A DNA stretch of 64,000 nucleotides from Thermodesulfobacteriota bacterium (GCA_040755035.1 JBFMBU010000254.1:2835-66834); one strand, 5' to 3'; counted from the first letter of the stretch, positions 35,087-45,680 are shown. The notes: generated by a model not told the origin, from the sequence alone. Program-made: numbers and translations.

Positions 35087-37333
35087 ATGCTTACGTTGCT
35101 TAGGAAAATGCAGATGTCCGAAAAAGCCCCGACCAAGAAAGAACTCCTGAGAGAAATGGCCGTTCTACGGCAAAAACTGGAAACCGCCGAGAGCCAATAT
35201 TCTGCGATAATAAACAATCTGGCCGACGGGTATTACGAAGTGGACTTAAATGGAAACCTGACTTTCTTCAACAACTCCCTGGCGACCATCTTTGGTTATC
35301 CGCGGGAGGAACTGCTGGGGATGAACAATCGGGAATATACGGATCAAGAAAACGCCCTAAAAATGTACCAGGCCTTCAATCTGGTCTACCGAACCGGCAC
35401 CCCGATCCGGGGGGTCCGTTTTGAAACCATCACCAAACAAAAAAATCAGAGGCAGTTGGAGCTGTCCATTTCTCTGCGCCGGGACGAGGAGGGCCGCCCA
35501 GTCGGATTCCAGGGCATTGCCCGGGACATCACCGATCTGATTGATTTTCAAAAAAGCCTCAAGGCCGGCGAGGAACGCTACCGGAACATCATCGAGACCA
35601 TCAATGATCCTTACTATGAAGTGGATCTGGAAGGAAATTTAACATTTTTCAACGATGCTTTTCTCAGGGGTTTTAACACCACCAAAGAAGAACTGCTGGG
35701 CATCAACTACCGGGAGTATACCGATCAGGAAAACGCCGATATCTTATTTGAGGCTTTTAACCGGGTATTCCAGACCGGTGATTCCCTCAGTGGGATCCGG
35801 CATGAAGTAATCACCCCTAATACCCATTGGAGGGGGATCTTCGAAGCCTCGGTCTCCATGATCAAGGACACCTCGGGAAATCCGGTCGGATTCAGGGGGA
35901 TTTCCCGGGACATGACCGACCTGATCCGAATCCAAAATGATCTCAAAGCCAGCGAGGAACGCTACCGGAACATCATCGAAACTATCGAAGACGGCTACTA
36001 CGAAGTGGACCTTAAAGGGGACCTGACCTATTTCAACGACGCTTATTCCAGGATCATGGGTTACAGCCGGGAAGAATTGACAGGCATGAACAACCGTCAA
36101 CGGACCGATCCGGAAAATGCCCGCATCGCCTTTCAGGCCTTCAATCGAATCTTTCACACCGCTGAACCGGCCCAGAACATCCAGTATGAAATCCTGGCCG
36201 GGAACGGAGAAAGAAAAACCATTGCCACTTCCGCCTCTTTGATCCGGGAGGCGGACGGAAACCCTGTCGGATTCCGGGGGATCATGCGTGATATTTCTGA
36301 GATCCGGCGGGCGGAGAAATCTTTAAAACTCAGTGAGGAACGGTTTCGCATCGCGGCCGAAAGCGCCAGCGACTTCCTTTATGAGTGGGACCTCCAGTCC
36401 GGGGAAATTCGCTGGTTCAGCAGCGCTGAAGAAAAACTGCTTCAAATATTCGGGGAAATTCCTGTCCAGGCCTCCGCTTTTGAAAGGCACATCCACCCCG
36501 AAGATCTTGAACACATCAATCAAGCCATCAGACGGCATGTCCGGGATCGGGAACCCTACCTTGAGGGCTACCGGTTGATCGGGAAAGAGGGCCGGATCTT
36601 TCATATCAGGGCCGCCGGCAAGGTTTTGCGTGATGAGAAAGGATGGGCTTATAAGTGGATCGGAGCCATCAGCGATATCACCGAACAAAAAAAATCAGAA
36701 GAACAGTTAAGACAGAGCATATACAAATTGCACAAATCCATGGGCGGGATCATCCAGGCCATGGCCCTGACTGTGGAAAGCAAAGACCCCTATACCGCCG
36801 GCCACCAGCAGCGGGTTTCCAGTCTGGCCCGCATCCTGGCCCAAGAAATCGGTCTTTCCACCGACCAGGTGGAAGCGGTACGTTTGGCCGGGGTGGTCCA
36901 CGACCTGGGCAAGATTTCGGTACCGGCGGAGATCTTAAGCAAACCCACGGAACTGACCCCCCTGGAATTCGGCCTGATCAAGGCCCATCCCCAAACCAGT
37001 TATGACATCCTGAAAGATATCGATTTCCCCTGGCCTGTGGCCCGGATCGTTCTCCAGCACCATGAACGCCTCGACGGCAGCGGATATCCCTTCGGCCTCA
37101 AAAAAAAAGATGTTCTGATCGAGGCCCAGGTGCTGATGGTGGCCGATGTGGTGGAGGCCATCGCCTCCCACCGGCCCTATCGCCCGGCCCACGGGGTGGA
37201 AGCGGCCCTGGAGGAAATAGAAAAAAACAAGGGGAGTTTATACAATACGGTGGTAGTAGAGGCCTGTTTACGGCTGTTCCGGGAGAAGGGATTTTTTTTC
37301 GGAGAACCGTTCCAGTACCATCCGCCGGAATAG
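35087..37333 (+). CDS. Multi-PAS sensor fused to HD-GYP phosphodiesterase domain
   Basis: Four near-repeated PAS modules (ERYRNIIETI.D.YYEVDL.GNLTFFN...) plus a fifth PAS. The HD-GYP output carries HQQRVS, VHDLGK and HHERLDGSGYP. Confidence 0.85.
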   Translation: MLTLLRKMQMSEKAPTKKELLREMAVLRQKLETAESQYSAIINNLADGYYEVDLNGNLTFFNNSLATIFGYPREELLGMNNREYTDQENALKMYQAFNLVYRTGTPIRGVRFETITKQKNQRQLELSISLRRDEEGRPVGFQGIARDITDLIDFQKSLKAGEERYRNIIETINDPYYEVDLEGNLTFFNDAFLRGFNTTKEELLGINYREYTDQENADILFEAFNRVFQTGDSLSGIRHEVITPNTHWRGIFEASVSMIKDTSGNPVGFRGISRDMTDLIRIQNDLKASEERYRNIIETIEDGYYEVDLKGDLTYFNDAYSRIMGYSREELTGMNNRQRTDPENARIAFQAFNRIFHTAEPAQNIQYEILAGNGERKTIATSASLIREADGNPVGFRGIMRDISEIRRAEKSLKLSEERFRIAAESASDFLYEWDLQSGEIRWFSSAEEKLLQIFGEIPVQASAFERHIHPEDLEHINQAIRRHVRDREPYLEGYRLIGKEGRIFHIRAAGKVLRDEKGWAYKWIGAISDITEQKKSEEQLRQSIYKLHKSMGGIIQAMALTVESKDPYTAGHQQRVSSLARILAQEIGLSTDQVEAVRLAGVVHDLGKISVPAEILSKPTELTPLEFGLIKAHPQTSYDILKDIDFPWPVARIVLQHHERLDGSGYPFGLKKKDVLIEAQVLMVADVVEAIASHRPYRPAHGVEAALEEIEKNKGSLYNTVVVEACLRLFREKGFFFGEPFQYHPPE

Positions 37334-37402
37334 GTTTTTATTTCCAGGACAGGGGGATCATTTCGGAGAACTTTTCCCGGATGTGAATAAGAAAACCCAA
37401 AG

Positions 37403-37432
37403 GTATCTCGTTCCTCGTATCTCGTATCTCGC
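37403..37432. repeat. CTCGTAT-type heptad tract
   Basis: gtatctcgttcctcgtatctcgtatctcgc lies in the convergent spacer between the HD-GYP gene and the glutaminyl cyclase gene. Confidence 0.7.
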
Positions 37433-37490
37433 TTGCCAAGCCATGATGAATGGAAGCCAGGGATCGCCTCGGGGTCACGCCGCCCCCGCT

Positions 37491-38324
37491 TCACGGTCTT
37501 TTGAGGACCGGCTTGACTTCAAAAAGTCGGGGCCAGTTTTTACCGGTCACCCAGATCCGGTCCTTTTCCGGATCATAAGCGATGCCGTTTAATACCTGGT
37601 CGCTTGGCCGACCGGTTTCCATTTTCCCCAGTCCGGAGAAATCAATCCATCCCTTGACCTGTCCGCTTTTCGGAGAAATCCGGACCACCCGGCTGGAGGG
37701 ATACACATTGGCGAAAATTTCCCCTTTAATGTATTCCAGTTCGTTCAGGTGCTGAATCGGGATTCCCCGGTCCCGGACTTGGATCCGCCGGACTTCCCTG
37801 AAGGTTCGCGGGTTCAGAAAATAAAGGAACGAGGTCCCGTCGCTCATAATCAGGTTCCGGCCGTCCTGGGTCAGACCCCAGCCCTCGGTGGGATAGGTGA
37901 ACTGATCCAGAAGGTGGAAGGAAGTCAGGTCATAGACGAAACCGATCCCCGATCTCCAGGTCAACTGAATGATCCGCTCCTGCCAGATAGTGATCCCTTC
38001 TCCAAACATCTCCGCCGACAGCCGCTGTTCTTGCAGAATTTTGCCGCTCTCCAACTCCACCTTGCGCAGGGAGGATTTCCCCAGGAGACCGGTCCCTTCG
38101 TACAGGAATCCCCGGTGGAACGCCAGTCCCTGGGTAAAGGCCTCGGGATCATGGGGGAAGACTCGGATAACTTTATACCCATAGACCGGCAGACGCTGTC
38201 CGGCCCCATAAGCTGGGGGGACTAAGAAAAGGGAGGAAAGGTTCAGGAGACCGATTAAAAGAACCATAGAGCCAAAGGAGTTTATTTTTTTGCCTCGGCC
38301 TTTTGCTCTTTTCATTTTACGCAT
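37491..38324 (-). CDS. Glutaminyl-peptide cyclotransferase (beta-propeller type), secreted
   Basis: A signal peptide is followed by YKVIRVFPHDPEAFTQGLAF..GFLYEGTGL.GKSSLRKVELESGK, typical of bacterial/plant glutamine cyclotransferases. Confidence 0.85.
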   Translation of the reverse strand: MRKMKRAKGRGKKINSFGSMVLLIGLLNLSSLFLVPPAYGAGQRLPVYGYKVIRVFPHDPEAFTQGLAFHRGFLYEGTGLLGKSSLRKVELESGKILQEQRLSAEMFGEGITIWQERIIQLTWRSGIGFVYDLTSFHLLDQFTYPTEGWGLTQDGRNLIMSDGTSFLYFLNPRTFREVRRIQVRDRGIPIQHLNELEYIKGEIFANVYPSSRVVRISPKSGQVKGWIDFSGLGKMETGRPSDQVLNGIAYDPEKDRIWVTGKNWPRLFEVKPVLKRP

Positions 38325-38368
38325 AATCGGCCCTTTTATTGTTGTACTCCCGCTTCTTTCGCTTCACG

Positions 38369-40174
38369 CTACACGGGTCTGCGCTTTCCGCTCCCAAACC
38401 CATTATATAAAATCTTCCCGCTCTTGACCTCATAGACTCCGGAAAAAGTGATCCTGAGTTCAATCAGGGAGGTAAAGGAAAGGAATCCCAAAGTCCATAA
38501 GGGGTCTTCCAGGGGACAACCCCGTTCGTGCAGGCAGCGGCGGACACGCTCCAAGGCTTTGGCCAGCCGGGGGACTTTCAGGTCCGACATGACACCGCCG
38601 ATTGGCAGGGCCAAACGGGACAAAATAGTCCCACCTTTAGCGATAACCATCCCCCCACCCATTTCGACCACCTGGTTGACCGCCCGGGCCATATCGGCAT
38701 CGTTAAAACCCAGGACCATCAGGCTGTGGGTTTCATGGGCGATGCTGGAGGCGATGGCCCCGATATCCGCCCCGAAACCGGAAACCAGTCCCATTCCGCC
38801 CGGTCCGCTGTTTCTGGGCAGAATAGCGATCTTGGCCAGGTCTTTCCCCTGATCGGCCCTGACCATCCCCCGAGAATCCTGGACCTGCAGATCTTGACGG
38901 CGGGTCAGCGTCTTATCCAATATGGTCATAACCGGCAACGGGTTTTTGTTAGGGGCTTGGAAATAAAAAAAGTCAGGTCGGATTTGGGAAATGGAGAAAG
39001 GGCGGTCGTAGGTCCCGGGAGGGAAAGACTTGAGAGACGGAAAGATCCGGCGCCCATTCCGCCTGACCCATTTTCCTTTGGACAAGACCGATACCGGCCT
39101 GGGGTCCCTCAGGTCATTCAAGACCAGGATATCAGCCCTTCTTCCGGGAGCGAGGGCGCCCTGTTCCAACTCCTTATTAAAATAACGGGCCGGATTGATC
39201 GTAACCATCTGGATAGCCCGGGAGGGGTCGATACCCCAGTCTATGACTTGTCTTAAGACATAGTCCAAATAACCGCATTCGACCATATCGCCGGGGAAGA
39301 GACCGTCCGGGGTGAGCATGATGCGGGAAGTGTCAAAGGCGGAGAGATCGCGAACGGCTTCCATCAATTGAGCCAGGTCGTTTCGGATGGACCCGCCTCG
39401 GCACATAACATACAGACCCAGACGAAGGCGCCTTTTCACGTCCTCGGCGCTGATCGCCTCATGGCAGGAGGTGAGTCCGGCGTTGATCAGGGCATTGAGC
39501 TTATCCTGACTGACCCCGGTGGTATGGCCCTCCACGGTTTTACCCAGGGTCTTGGCCGCCTGGAGGATGTTAAGCAGTCGGGGCTCTTTATTAAGAATAC
39601 GCACAAAGGCCGTCATTTCACTCAACCCCAGGGCCTCGGGTTTCTTAAGCAAGGTCCGGACCTCCCTGACCGTGAAAAGCTCTTTCCCCTCAAACTTGGG
39701 AAAGGGTGGAGAAGAGGAAGGCACCGCCATATAGTAGGTCAAAGGGTAGTGGGGCAAATCTTTCAGGACCTGAAGCACGCCGGACCAACCCAGGGCGTTG
39801 GCCAGATCGTGCATGTCGGAAAAAACGGAAGTGGTCCCGCTTTGGACCACTTCCTCGGAAAAAGTGGCCGGATTATAATACAAGTCGGTATGGGCATGGG
39901 GGTCCATATAGCCGGGGACCAGGACTTTTCCTTCAACCTCCTCAACTTGGGTTTTTTTCCCGATCATTTTTTCCGAGGGACCGACATAGGCGATCCGGTC
40001 CTTGTAAACGGCGACGTTTTCTTTTAACAGTTCGCCGGTAAAGACATTTAATACCCGGCCGCTGCGAAAATAGTGCTCGGCTGCCCTCTGGCCGAGGGCG
40101 ATTTCGATCAAGGCCCGGCTTAAGTTGCCGGGCTTCCCTGGATGACCGATATCTGGTGTTTTGGTTTGGTTCAT
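38369..40174 (-). CDS. ade: Adenine deaminase (amidohydrolase superfamily)
   Basis: The N-terminal metal site is PGYMDPHAHT. The C-terminal domain reads GAIASSIAHETHSLMVLGFNDADMARAVNQVVEMGGGMVIAKGG...LPIGGVMSD, as in Ade proteins. Confidence 0.8.
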   Translation of the reverse strand: MNQTKTPDIGHPGKPGNLSRALIEIALGQRAAEHYFRSGRVLNVFTGELLKENVAVYKDRIAYVGPSEKMIGKKTQVEEVEGKVLVPGYMDPHAHTDLYYNPATFSEEVVQSGTTSVFSDMHDLANALGWSGVLQVLKDLPHYPLTYYMAVPSSSPPFPKFEGKELFTVREVRTLLKKPEALGLSEMTAFVRILNKEPRLLNILQAAKTLGKTVEGHTTGVSQDKLNALINAGLTSCHEAISAEDVKRRLRLGLYVMCRGGSIRNDLAQLMEAVRDLSAFDTSRIMLTPDGLFPGDMVECGYLDYVLRQVIDWGIDPSRAIQMVTINPARYFNKELEQGALAPGRRADILVLNDLRDPRPVSVLSKGKWVRRNGRRIFPSLKSFPPGTYDRPFSISQIRPDFFYFQAPNKNPLPVMTILDKTLTRRQDLQVQDSRGMVRADQGKDLAKIAILPRNSGPGGMGLVSGFGADIGAIASSIAHETHSLMVLGFNDADMARAVNQVVEMGGGMVIAKGGTILSRLALPIGGVMSDLKVPRLAKALERVRRCLHERGCPLEDPLWTLGFLSFTSLIELRITFSGVYEVKSGKILYNGFGSGKRRPV

Positions 40175-40463
40175 TCCCCCCCCTGAATCCTTTTATATCG
40201 GAGGGTTAAAATAACAAATATTAGAAATCCTGTCGACACAATTCCTGATTATTAATCAGTGCCTAATAGTATTGACACCTCCGCTTAATATGTTCAGAGT
40301 GTTATATCAAAATAACTTTGCACTACTCAATATATGGTGTTTGCACTCTTGATTCAGCTATGTTAATCTGGGTCACATAGGTAAACTGCCGGTGGACTTG
40401 CTCCCATTTTCTCGGCGCTCAACCGGATTGAAACCGTCATTTGAATTTTTACCGGGGGTGATC

Positions 40464-40937
40464 ATGGCCATGACTTATAAAAAAATCCTTTATTGCACCG
40501 ATTTTTCAGAAGACGCCGATTATGCCCTGAAATCCGCTCTTGACTTGTCCGAAAAATATCAGGCCAGACTCTATTGCCTGCACGTCGTTCATTCCGCTTA
40601 TCAAATTATGCCCGACCTCTCCCCCATGGAAAAAAACAAGGAGGCGGAAAAAACCCTATCGGCAGAGGATCTGGAAAAAGGGAAGGTGAAACTAAAAGAG
40701 CTTTATGAACCTAAACTGGCTGGGTTGACCGGTGGCTATGAATTTCAGGTGGTCTGCGGGGTCCCCTTCATGGAAATCGTCCGTTACGCCAGGGCTAACG
40801 AAGTGGACTTTATCGTTCTGGGAGCAGCCGGCAGCTCCAACATCAAGCGCATCACTTTCGGCAGCACAGCCGAGAACGTGGCCCGCCGCGCCCACTGCAC
40901 GGTCATGATTACCCGCGACCCGGAAAAGGTTTTTTAG
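40464..40937 (+). CDS. Universal stress protein (UspA family)
   Basis: YKKILYCTDFSEDADYAL...LYCLHVV...DFIVLGAAGSS...FGSTAENVARRAHCTVMI. Confidence 0.85.
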   Translation: MAMTYKKILYCTDFSEDADYALKSALDLSEKYQARLYCLHVVHSAYQIMPDLSPMEKNKEAEKTLSAEDLEKGKVKLKELYEPKLAGLTGGYEFQVVCGVPFMEIVRYARANEVDFIVLGAAGSSNIKRITFGSTAENVARRAHCTVMITRDPEKVF

Positions 40938-40976
40938 TTAGAAGGGATTGCCGTCCCCCCCCTCTTATTTACCGAT

Positions 40977-41119
40977 TCAAAAGATGGTCTCGCAAAAAGT
41001 CGTCACAGCACCGTATTGTCATTTCGACCAAAGGGAGAAATCTTGAAATCATTAAAGATTTCTCGTCGCTCCACTCCTCGAAATGACAGAAATTGACTTT
41101 TTGCGAGACCGTCTTTTGA
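40977..41119. repeat. Three-tier nested palindrome (143 bp) between convergent genes
   Basis: The outer arms are TCAAAAGATGGTCTCGCAAAAAGTC (40977-41001) and GACTTTTTGCGAGACCGTCTTTTGA (41095-41119), 24/25 complementary. The middle arms are TGTCATTTCGA/TCGAAATGACA and the inner arms are GAGAAATCTT/AAGATTTCTC. Confidence 0.85.
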
Positions 41120-41151
41120 GACAATTAATAATGGTCCTCCGGTTTTTCCGT

Positions 41152-42627
41152 TCATGAGGAAACTAATGGTAAAAAAATGGTGAATGTGCTTCCTTCACCG
41201 GGGCGGCTTTCAACCATTATTCTTCCCTCGTGCGATTCGAGGATTTTCTTGACAATAGCCAGACCCAAACCGGTCCCGTTGATTGGCCTGGTTTTTTCAT
41301 TCTTGACCCGGTAAAACTGTTGAAAAATCATCTTCTGATCCTCAGGCGAGATACCGATACCGGTGTCACTGACCTGAATGCAGAGGTACTCCCCTTCGGT
41401 TCGTGCTGAAATGACGATGCGTCCTCCCCCTGGACTATATTTAATGGCGTTGGTGATCAGATTGGTTAGGACCGCCTCCATGTTGCGACGGTCAGCCAGG
41501 ATAGGAGGTAACTTCTCTGGCACATCCACCTCAATCCGCAGGGAATGCTCTTCGGCCCTTTGCTGGTGAAAGGCCGCCTGATCCCGAATCACGGGAACCA
41601 TATCCACCAATTCCCGTTCAAAGGCAATCAAACCGGATTCGATCCGGGCCAGATCGAGCAATTCAGAAGCCATCCCTGCCAGGTTGTTGATTTTTTGATA
41701 TACCCGGGACAGAATCCCTTCTTGTTTTTCGGTCATTTTCCCGGCCAGGCCGTCCAAGAGCACCTGGATCTGCATCATAACCGTATTCAACGGGCTCTGA
41801 ATCTCATGATTGACCGTAGAAACAAATTGAGATTTCATACGGTCCATCTTCTTTAAAGCGGTAATATCATGCAATATGGTTATAACACCCAGGTTCCGGC
41901 CGTTGCGGTCCCGAAAAGGAGCGCAACGGATGTTCAAGGCCACTTCCTCCGGACGATTCTCTCCGTTAAGGTTCAGCTCTTCCTCTAATTCCGAACACTC
42001 ACCTTCAGGCATCTTCAGGACCTGTTCCACCATCTCCCGGATACGGGGGATCTGAACCACATCATTCATTGCCCAACCGACGGCTGAGGGAGCCGGGCAG
42101 CCTACCATCCTTAAAAAGGCCGGATTGGCCAAAGCGATCCGGTACTGATTATTGGTGCACATAACCCCGTCGGTGATGTGGTTGACCATGACCCGCAGTT
42201 GGGAGCGGCTGTCGGCAATGTCCCCCAGGGCCCGGGTGTACTCAATGGCCTTGCCCACGGTAACGCGGAGGTGTTCGGGCGTGAAAGGTTTGGGGATGAA
42301 ATCAAAGGCCCCTTTTTTCATGGCCTCTACCGAATGCTCCAGGGTGGCATAACCGGTGATGACAATGACTACGGTCCCCGGATCCAAAACCTTGATGCGG
42401 GCCAGGGCATCAAAACCGGACATTTCCGGCATCATTAAATCCAATAAAATGATATCATAATGGGTTGAGGTCAGGGCCTCAATGGCTTGAACCCCGCTGG
42501 AAGCCAGGGCTACTTCATACCCGCTCTCCTCCAAAACCTGCTTACAGGCTTCCCGGATGCGAACTTCATCGTCCACCACCAGGATTTGGGGGGGATAGTA
42601 GGTTTGAACTTCAGCTTCGGTGATCAT
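41152..42627 (-). CDS. Hybrid signalling protein: receiver (REC) - PAS - HisKA - HATPase
   Basis: An N-terminal CheY-like domain (ILVVDDE...DIILLDLMMPEMSG...KPF), the H-box FVSTVNHEIQSPL, and ATPase G-boxes GTGLGLAIV. Confidence 0.85.
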   Translation of the reverse strand: MITEAEVQTYYPPQILVVDDEVRIREACKQVLEESGYEVALASSGVQAIEALTSTHYDIILLDLMMPEMSGFDALARIKVLDPGTVVIVITGYATLEHSVEAMKKGAFDFIPKPFTPEHLRVTVGKAIEYTRALGDIADSRSQLRVMVNHITDGVMCTNNQYRIALANPAFLRMVGCPAPSAVGWAMNDVVQIPRIREMVEQVLKMPEGECSELEEELNLNGENRPEEVALNIRCAPFRDRNGRNLGVITILHDITALKKMDRMKSQFVSTVNHEIQSPLNTVMMQIQVLLDGLAGKMTEKQEGILSRVYQKINNLAGMASELLDLARIESGLIAFERELVDMVPVIRDQAAFHQQRAEEHSLRIEVDVPEKLPPILADRRNMEAVLTNLITNAIKYSPGGGRIVISARTEGEYLCIQVSDTGIGISPEDQKMIFQQFYRVKNEKTRPINGTGLGLAIVKKILESHEGRIMVESRPGEGSTFTIFLPLVSS

Positions 42628-42657
42628 ACGGCTCCTTGTAATTTTTCCGCAGATTTT

Positions 42658-44184
42658 TTATCCTATCATCCCTTGCGGTACTTCCCGGGTTTCCTGGTCC
42701 AAAGGTAGTTCCACCAAAAAGGTGGTCCCCCGGGGGCCGGTTTCTTTAACGAAAATTTCACCATGGTTGTCCTGGACGATTCCGTAAGCGGTGCTTAAAC
42801 CCAGCCCGGTCCCTTTACCCGGGGCCTTGGTGGTAAAGAAGGGATCAAAGATGCGGGAGACATTTTCTTCCGGGATCCCGCTTCCGGAATCGGAAATTTC
42901 TAAACAGCCCTTTTGTGCGGAATCATTCCGATAGGTCCGAATGGTCAAGGTCCCGGATTTATTCATAGCATCCAGGGCATTCATGACCAGATTGATAACC
43001 ACCTGGCTCATATTGTTGCGGTCGGCCCTGACCGGAATCCTTTCTTCTGACAGCTCCTTCCGCAGGCTGACGTTGATAAACATTTTTTGATCCCGTATCA
43101 AGCGCAAACTCTCTTCCATAAATTCGTTCAAATAAAATCGATCACGGGATTTGCTGAATTGCCGGCTGTAAGCCAGCAGATTTTTAACAATGTCCCGGCA
43201 ACGCTCGGCATCTTCCAAGATATAACTCAAATTGGCCTGCAGGAAGTGATCGGGGTCCAGTTTTTCCTTCATTAACCCGCCGTACATGATGATCCCCGTC
43301 AAGGGGTTGTTGATTTCATGGGCCACTCCGGCGGCCAGCCGCCCCAGAGAAGCCATTTTTTCGGCCTGCACCAACTGGGTCTGGGCCTCCTGCAATTTTT
43401 TCTCGGCCGATATGCGTTCCCGCAGGTCATTATAGACCCCCATGGTGGCCACCTCCCGGCCGTCTTCAAAAATAATGGCCGCGGTCATCTCCACCGGGAT
43501 CTGTTCCCCCAAAGCGGTCAGAATTTCCACCCGGGTCACGGGAAGTTTTCCATGGCCCCCGTACTCATCGTCCCGCAGTTTTTTCATGATCGTCCGGGCC
43601 ACCCCCGGGGGATAAAGAGAACCGACATTGATCTGATCACCCGGACGAAAAATATAGCCGAACAACTCCTCTGCCGCCCGGTTCATCAAGAGGATATGTC
43701 CTTCACGGTCGGCGGCGATGATGGCGCTGGCCGAGCTTTGCAGCACGCGGTTGAGCAGCTCTCGTATATCCTGCAGGTTTTTTTCCAGGGCCTTGGAACG
43801 GGTGACATCCCGGATGGATTCGATGACATAGAGGACCTCTCCCTCATCGTCCAAAATGGGTGAAAAAACACGGTCCTCCCAATGTTCACTGCCGTCCGGA
43901 TGTTGAATTCGGCGCAGCATGGAATGACCCGTTCCGTCCCGCAAGGTTTCGTCCAAAGGGCAAAGGCGGTCTTTGCAGGGGAGGTCTTCATTCCCCTCCA
44001 GGGACTTGAAAAATTGCCGGCAGGTTTTTCCGACCAGAGTCTCCGTGGTAATGCCGTAGGTTTCTTTTAATTTTTGATTGACGGCAATGATGACATGGTC
44101 CGGGGTCAGGATCAGGGTCGGAAAAGAGAGGGAATCAAAGACCCGCAGCCGCCAATCCATTTCATTCGGGATTTCATAGTTCAT
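42658..44184 (-). CDS. Cytoplasmic PAS-PAS sensor histidine kinase
   Basis: The H-box is [12 protein letters not shown], followed by N/G boxes ([23 protein letters not shown]). No TM segments are present. ATG 44184 lies 4 nt after the upstream stop. Confidence 0.85.
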   Translation of the reverse strand: MNYEIPNEMDWRLRVFDSLSFPTLILTPDHVIIAVNQKLKETYGITTETLVGKTCRQFFKSLEGNEDLPCKDRLCPLDETLRDGTGHSMLRRIQHPDGSEHWEDRVFSPILDDEGEVLYVIESIRDVTRSKALEKNLQDIRELLNRVLQSSASAIIAADREGHILLMNRAAEELFGYIFRPGDQINVGSLYPPGVARTIMKKLRDDEYGGHGKLPVTRVEILTALGEQIPVEMTAAIIFEDGREVATMGVYNDLRERISAEKKLQEAQTQLVQAEKMASLGRLAAGVAHEINNPLTGIIMYGGLMKEKLDPDHFLQANLSYILEDAERCRDIVKNLLAYSRQFSKSRDRFYLNEFMEESLRLIRDQKMFINVSLRKELSEERIPVRADRNNMSQVVINLVMNALDAMNKSGTLTIRTYRNDSAQKGCLEISDSGSGIPEENVSRIFDPFFTTKAPGKGTGLGLSTAYGIVQDNHGEIFVKETGPRGTTFLVELPLDQETREVPQGMIG

Positions 44185-44188
44185 GGCT

Positions 44189-44716
44189 TCAGTTCCTGTC
44201 CTTGCTCTCCGGAACCACAAAAGCCCGGCTCAAGCTTTCCCGGGCCGGAGCCCCCTGACCTTTGGGCAACACCCAAAAGACGGTGGCTCCAATACAGGCC
44301 GCTACCAACAGCGGCACATCACTGTCTGCAGCGGCGCCGAGAGCGGCAGAGGCTATTCCATATCGGTCTCCATAATGAGGCCCTTGAAAAAAAATCAGTT
44401 CTACCTCTTTTTCCTTCCGCCAACGCAGGCCTTTAAATTCCTGTTCCAATAGATGGTAAATCGGATCGGCTTCCCCCCGCTCTTTTTCCTCTTCATCCCA
44501 AAGCAAGTTCAGACGCATGGTCCCGGCCGCCAAGGGGCGGACCGTCAGCAGAAGGACCGAACTCCCGCTTGTTGAAACCGAATCCAAGGCACGGGCCACA
44601 TACATCCCGGTTTGAATGACTGGAAATTCAACGGTAATCAAGGATAGCCCCGTTTTCTCAAAAAAGCCGTAGGTCTTGATGATGGTTTCCCGGTAAAAGG
44701 CGATGGTTTCCATCAA
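44189..44716 (-). CDS. ACT-domain-like small-molecule-binding protein (tentative)
   Basis: ...LIFFQGPHYGDRYGIASAAL...VPLLVAAC resembles aspartokinase-type ACT modules. It overlaps the upstream gene by 4 nt. Confidence 0.35.
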   Translation of the reverse strand: MMETIAFYRETIIKTYGFFEKTGLSLITVEFPVIQTGMYVARALDSVSTSGSSVLLLTVRPLAAGTMRLNLLWDEEEKERGEADPIYHLLEQEFKGLRWRKEKEVELIFFQGPHYGDRYGIASAALGAAADSDVPLLVAACIGATVFWVLPKGQGAPARESLSRAFVVPESKDRN

Positions 44717-45219
44717 ATCTGCTTGACCCTGAATTCCGGCCGGAAGGGGGCGTGATTTTCGGGCAGGGACACCACCCGGGAAACCACAGAAACGGCGTCA
44801 TCCAATAATTGAAAATCAGTGGTGATGGTCAGAGAAGAGGTTGAGGAAGCGATGTGATAAAGCGGAAGACCGGCGCCTCCCCAGGCGGCAAAAAGGGCGC
44901 TTAAGAGTTCAATGCGGGCTTGAACCGGGAAAACGGTGATAGTCCCGACCGGGGCCGTCATTTCCAGACAACCCTGAAAAATTCCCAGGACCTTTTCCGC
45001 CTTCACCCGGTCCTCGGCCAATAGAGAACAGACCCCGTCCAGACGACCGTGGAAGGCGTCAAGGGTTACCCCGATCAGGTTGATCTGGTGTTCCGTCAAT
45101 ACACGGAACATATGCACGATCTGGACGGCCTCGCTGGCTTTCAGCCGCAATAGAACCAGCTCTGCGCTCAATTTCAGGCCGCCTACGGAAAATTTCCGGA
45201 CAGGGGAATCCATAACCAC
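44713..45219 (-). CDS. ACT-domain-like protein (tentative, tandem ACT)
   Basis: ...IVHMFRVLTEHQINLIGVTL...VGTITVFPVQARIELLSALFAAWGGAGLPLYHIASSTSSLTI resembles paired ACT domains. Confidence 0.35.
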   Translation of the reverse strand: MVMDSPVRKFSVGGLKLSAELVLLRLKASEAVQIVHMFRVLTEHQINLIGVTLDAFHGRLDGVCSLLAEDRVKAEKVLGIFQGCLEMTAPVGTITVFPVQARIELLSALFAAWGGAGLPLYHIASSTSSLTITTDFQLLDDAVSVVSRVVSLPENHAPFRPEFRVKQI

Positions 45220-45245
45220 CCGGTCAAAATTGGATTGGTTTTAGG

Positions 45246-45632
45246 TCAGGCCAGATAATCCTTAACAATCCCCATCAGTTTTTCCAGGTTAATCGGTTTG
45301 GGGATATAGTCATCGGCCAGGGTGTTCTTGCCGTCCCAATGGGTGTAGTTGGTTGAAGTTACAGCGTCTCCCACGGCGGTGAGTAAAAGGACCACGATGC
45401 CTTTGTACTCTTCGGATTTTTTCAATTCCTCGCACAACTGATAGCCGTTTTTGCGGGGCATCATAACATCCAGAACGATCAGGGCCGGTCTTTCTTTTTT
45501 GATCTGATCCATGGCCTCTACCCCGTCATATGCCTTATTGACCCGGAAGTTTTCACTTTCCAGTTTTAAGGCCACTGCTTCGACCAGATCCGGGTCATCG
45601 TCCACCACCAGGATGAGTCTATTTTTATCCAT
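45246..45632 (-). CDS. Single-domain response regulator (CheY-like)
   Basis: LILVVDDDPD...ALIVLDVMMPRKNG...YIPKPI carries the receiver Asp/Lys signature in a 128-aa protein. Confidence 0.85.
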   Translation of the reverse strand: MDKNRLILVVDDDPDLVEAVALKLESENFRVNKAYDGVEAMDQIKKERPALIVLDVMMPRKNGYQLCEELKKSEEYKGIVVLLLTAVGDAVTSTNYTHWDGKNTLADDYIPKPINLEKLMGIVKDYLA

Positions 45633-45680
45633 TTTCTTTCTCCTTCTTTTTCGTTTCGCTTTGGATGATTTCCCCTGCTA

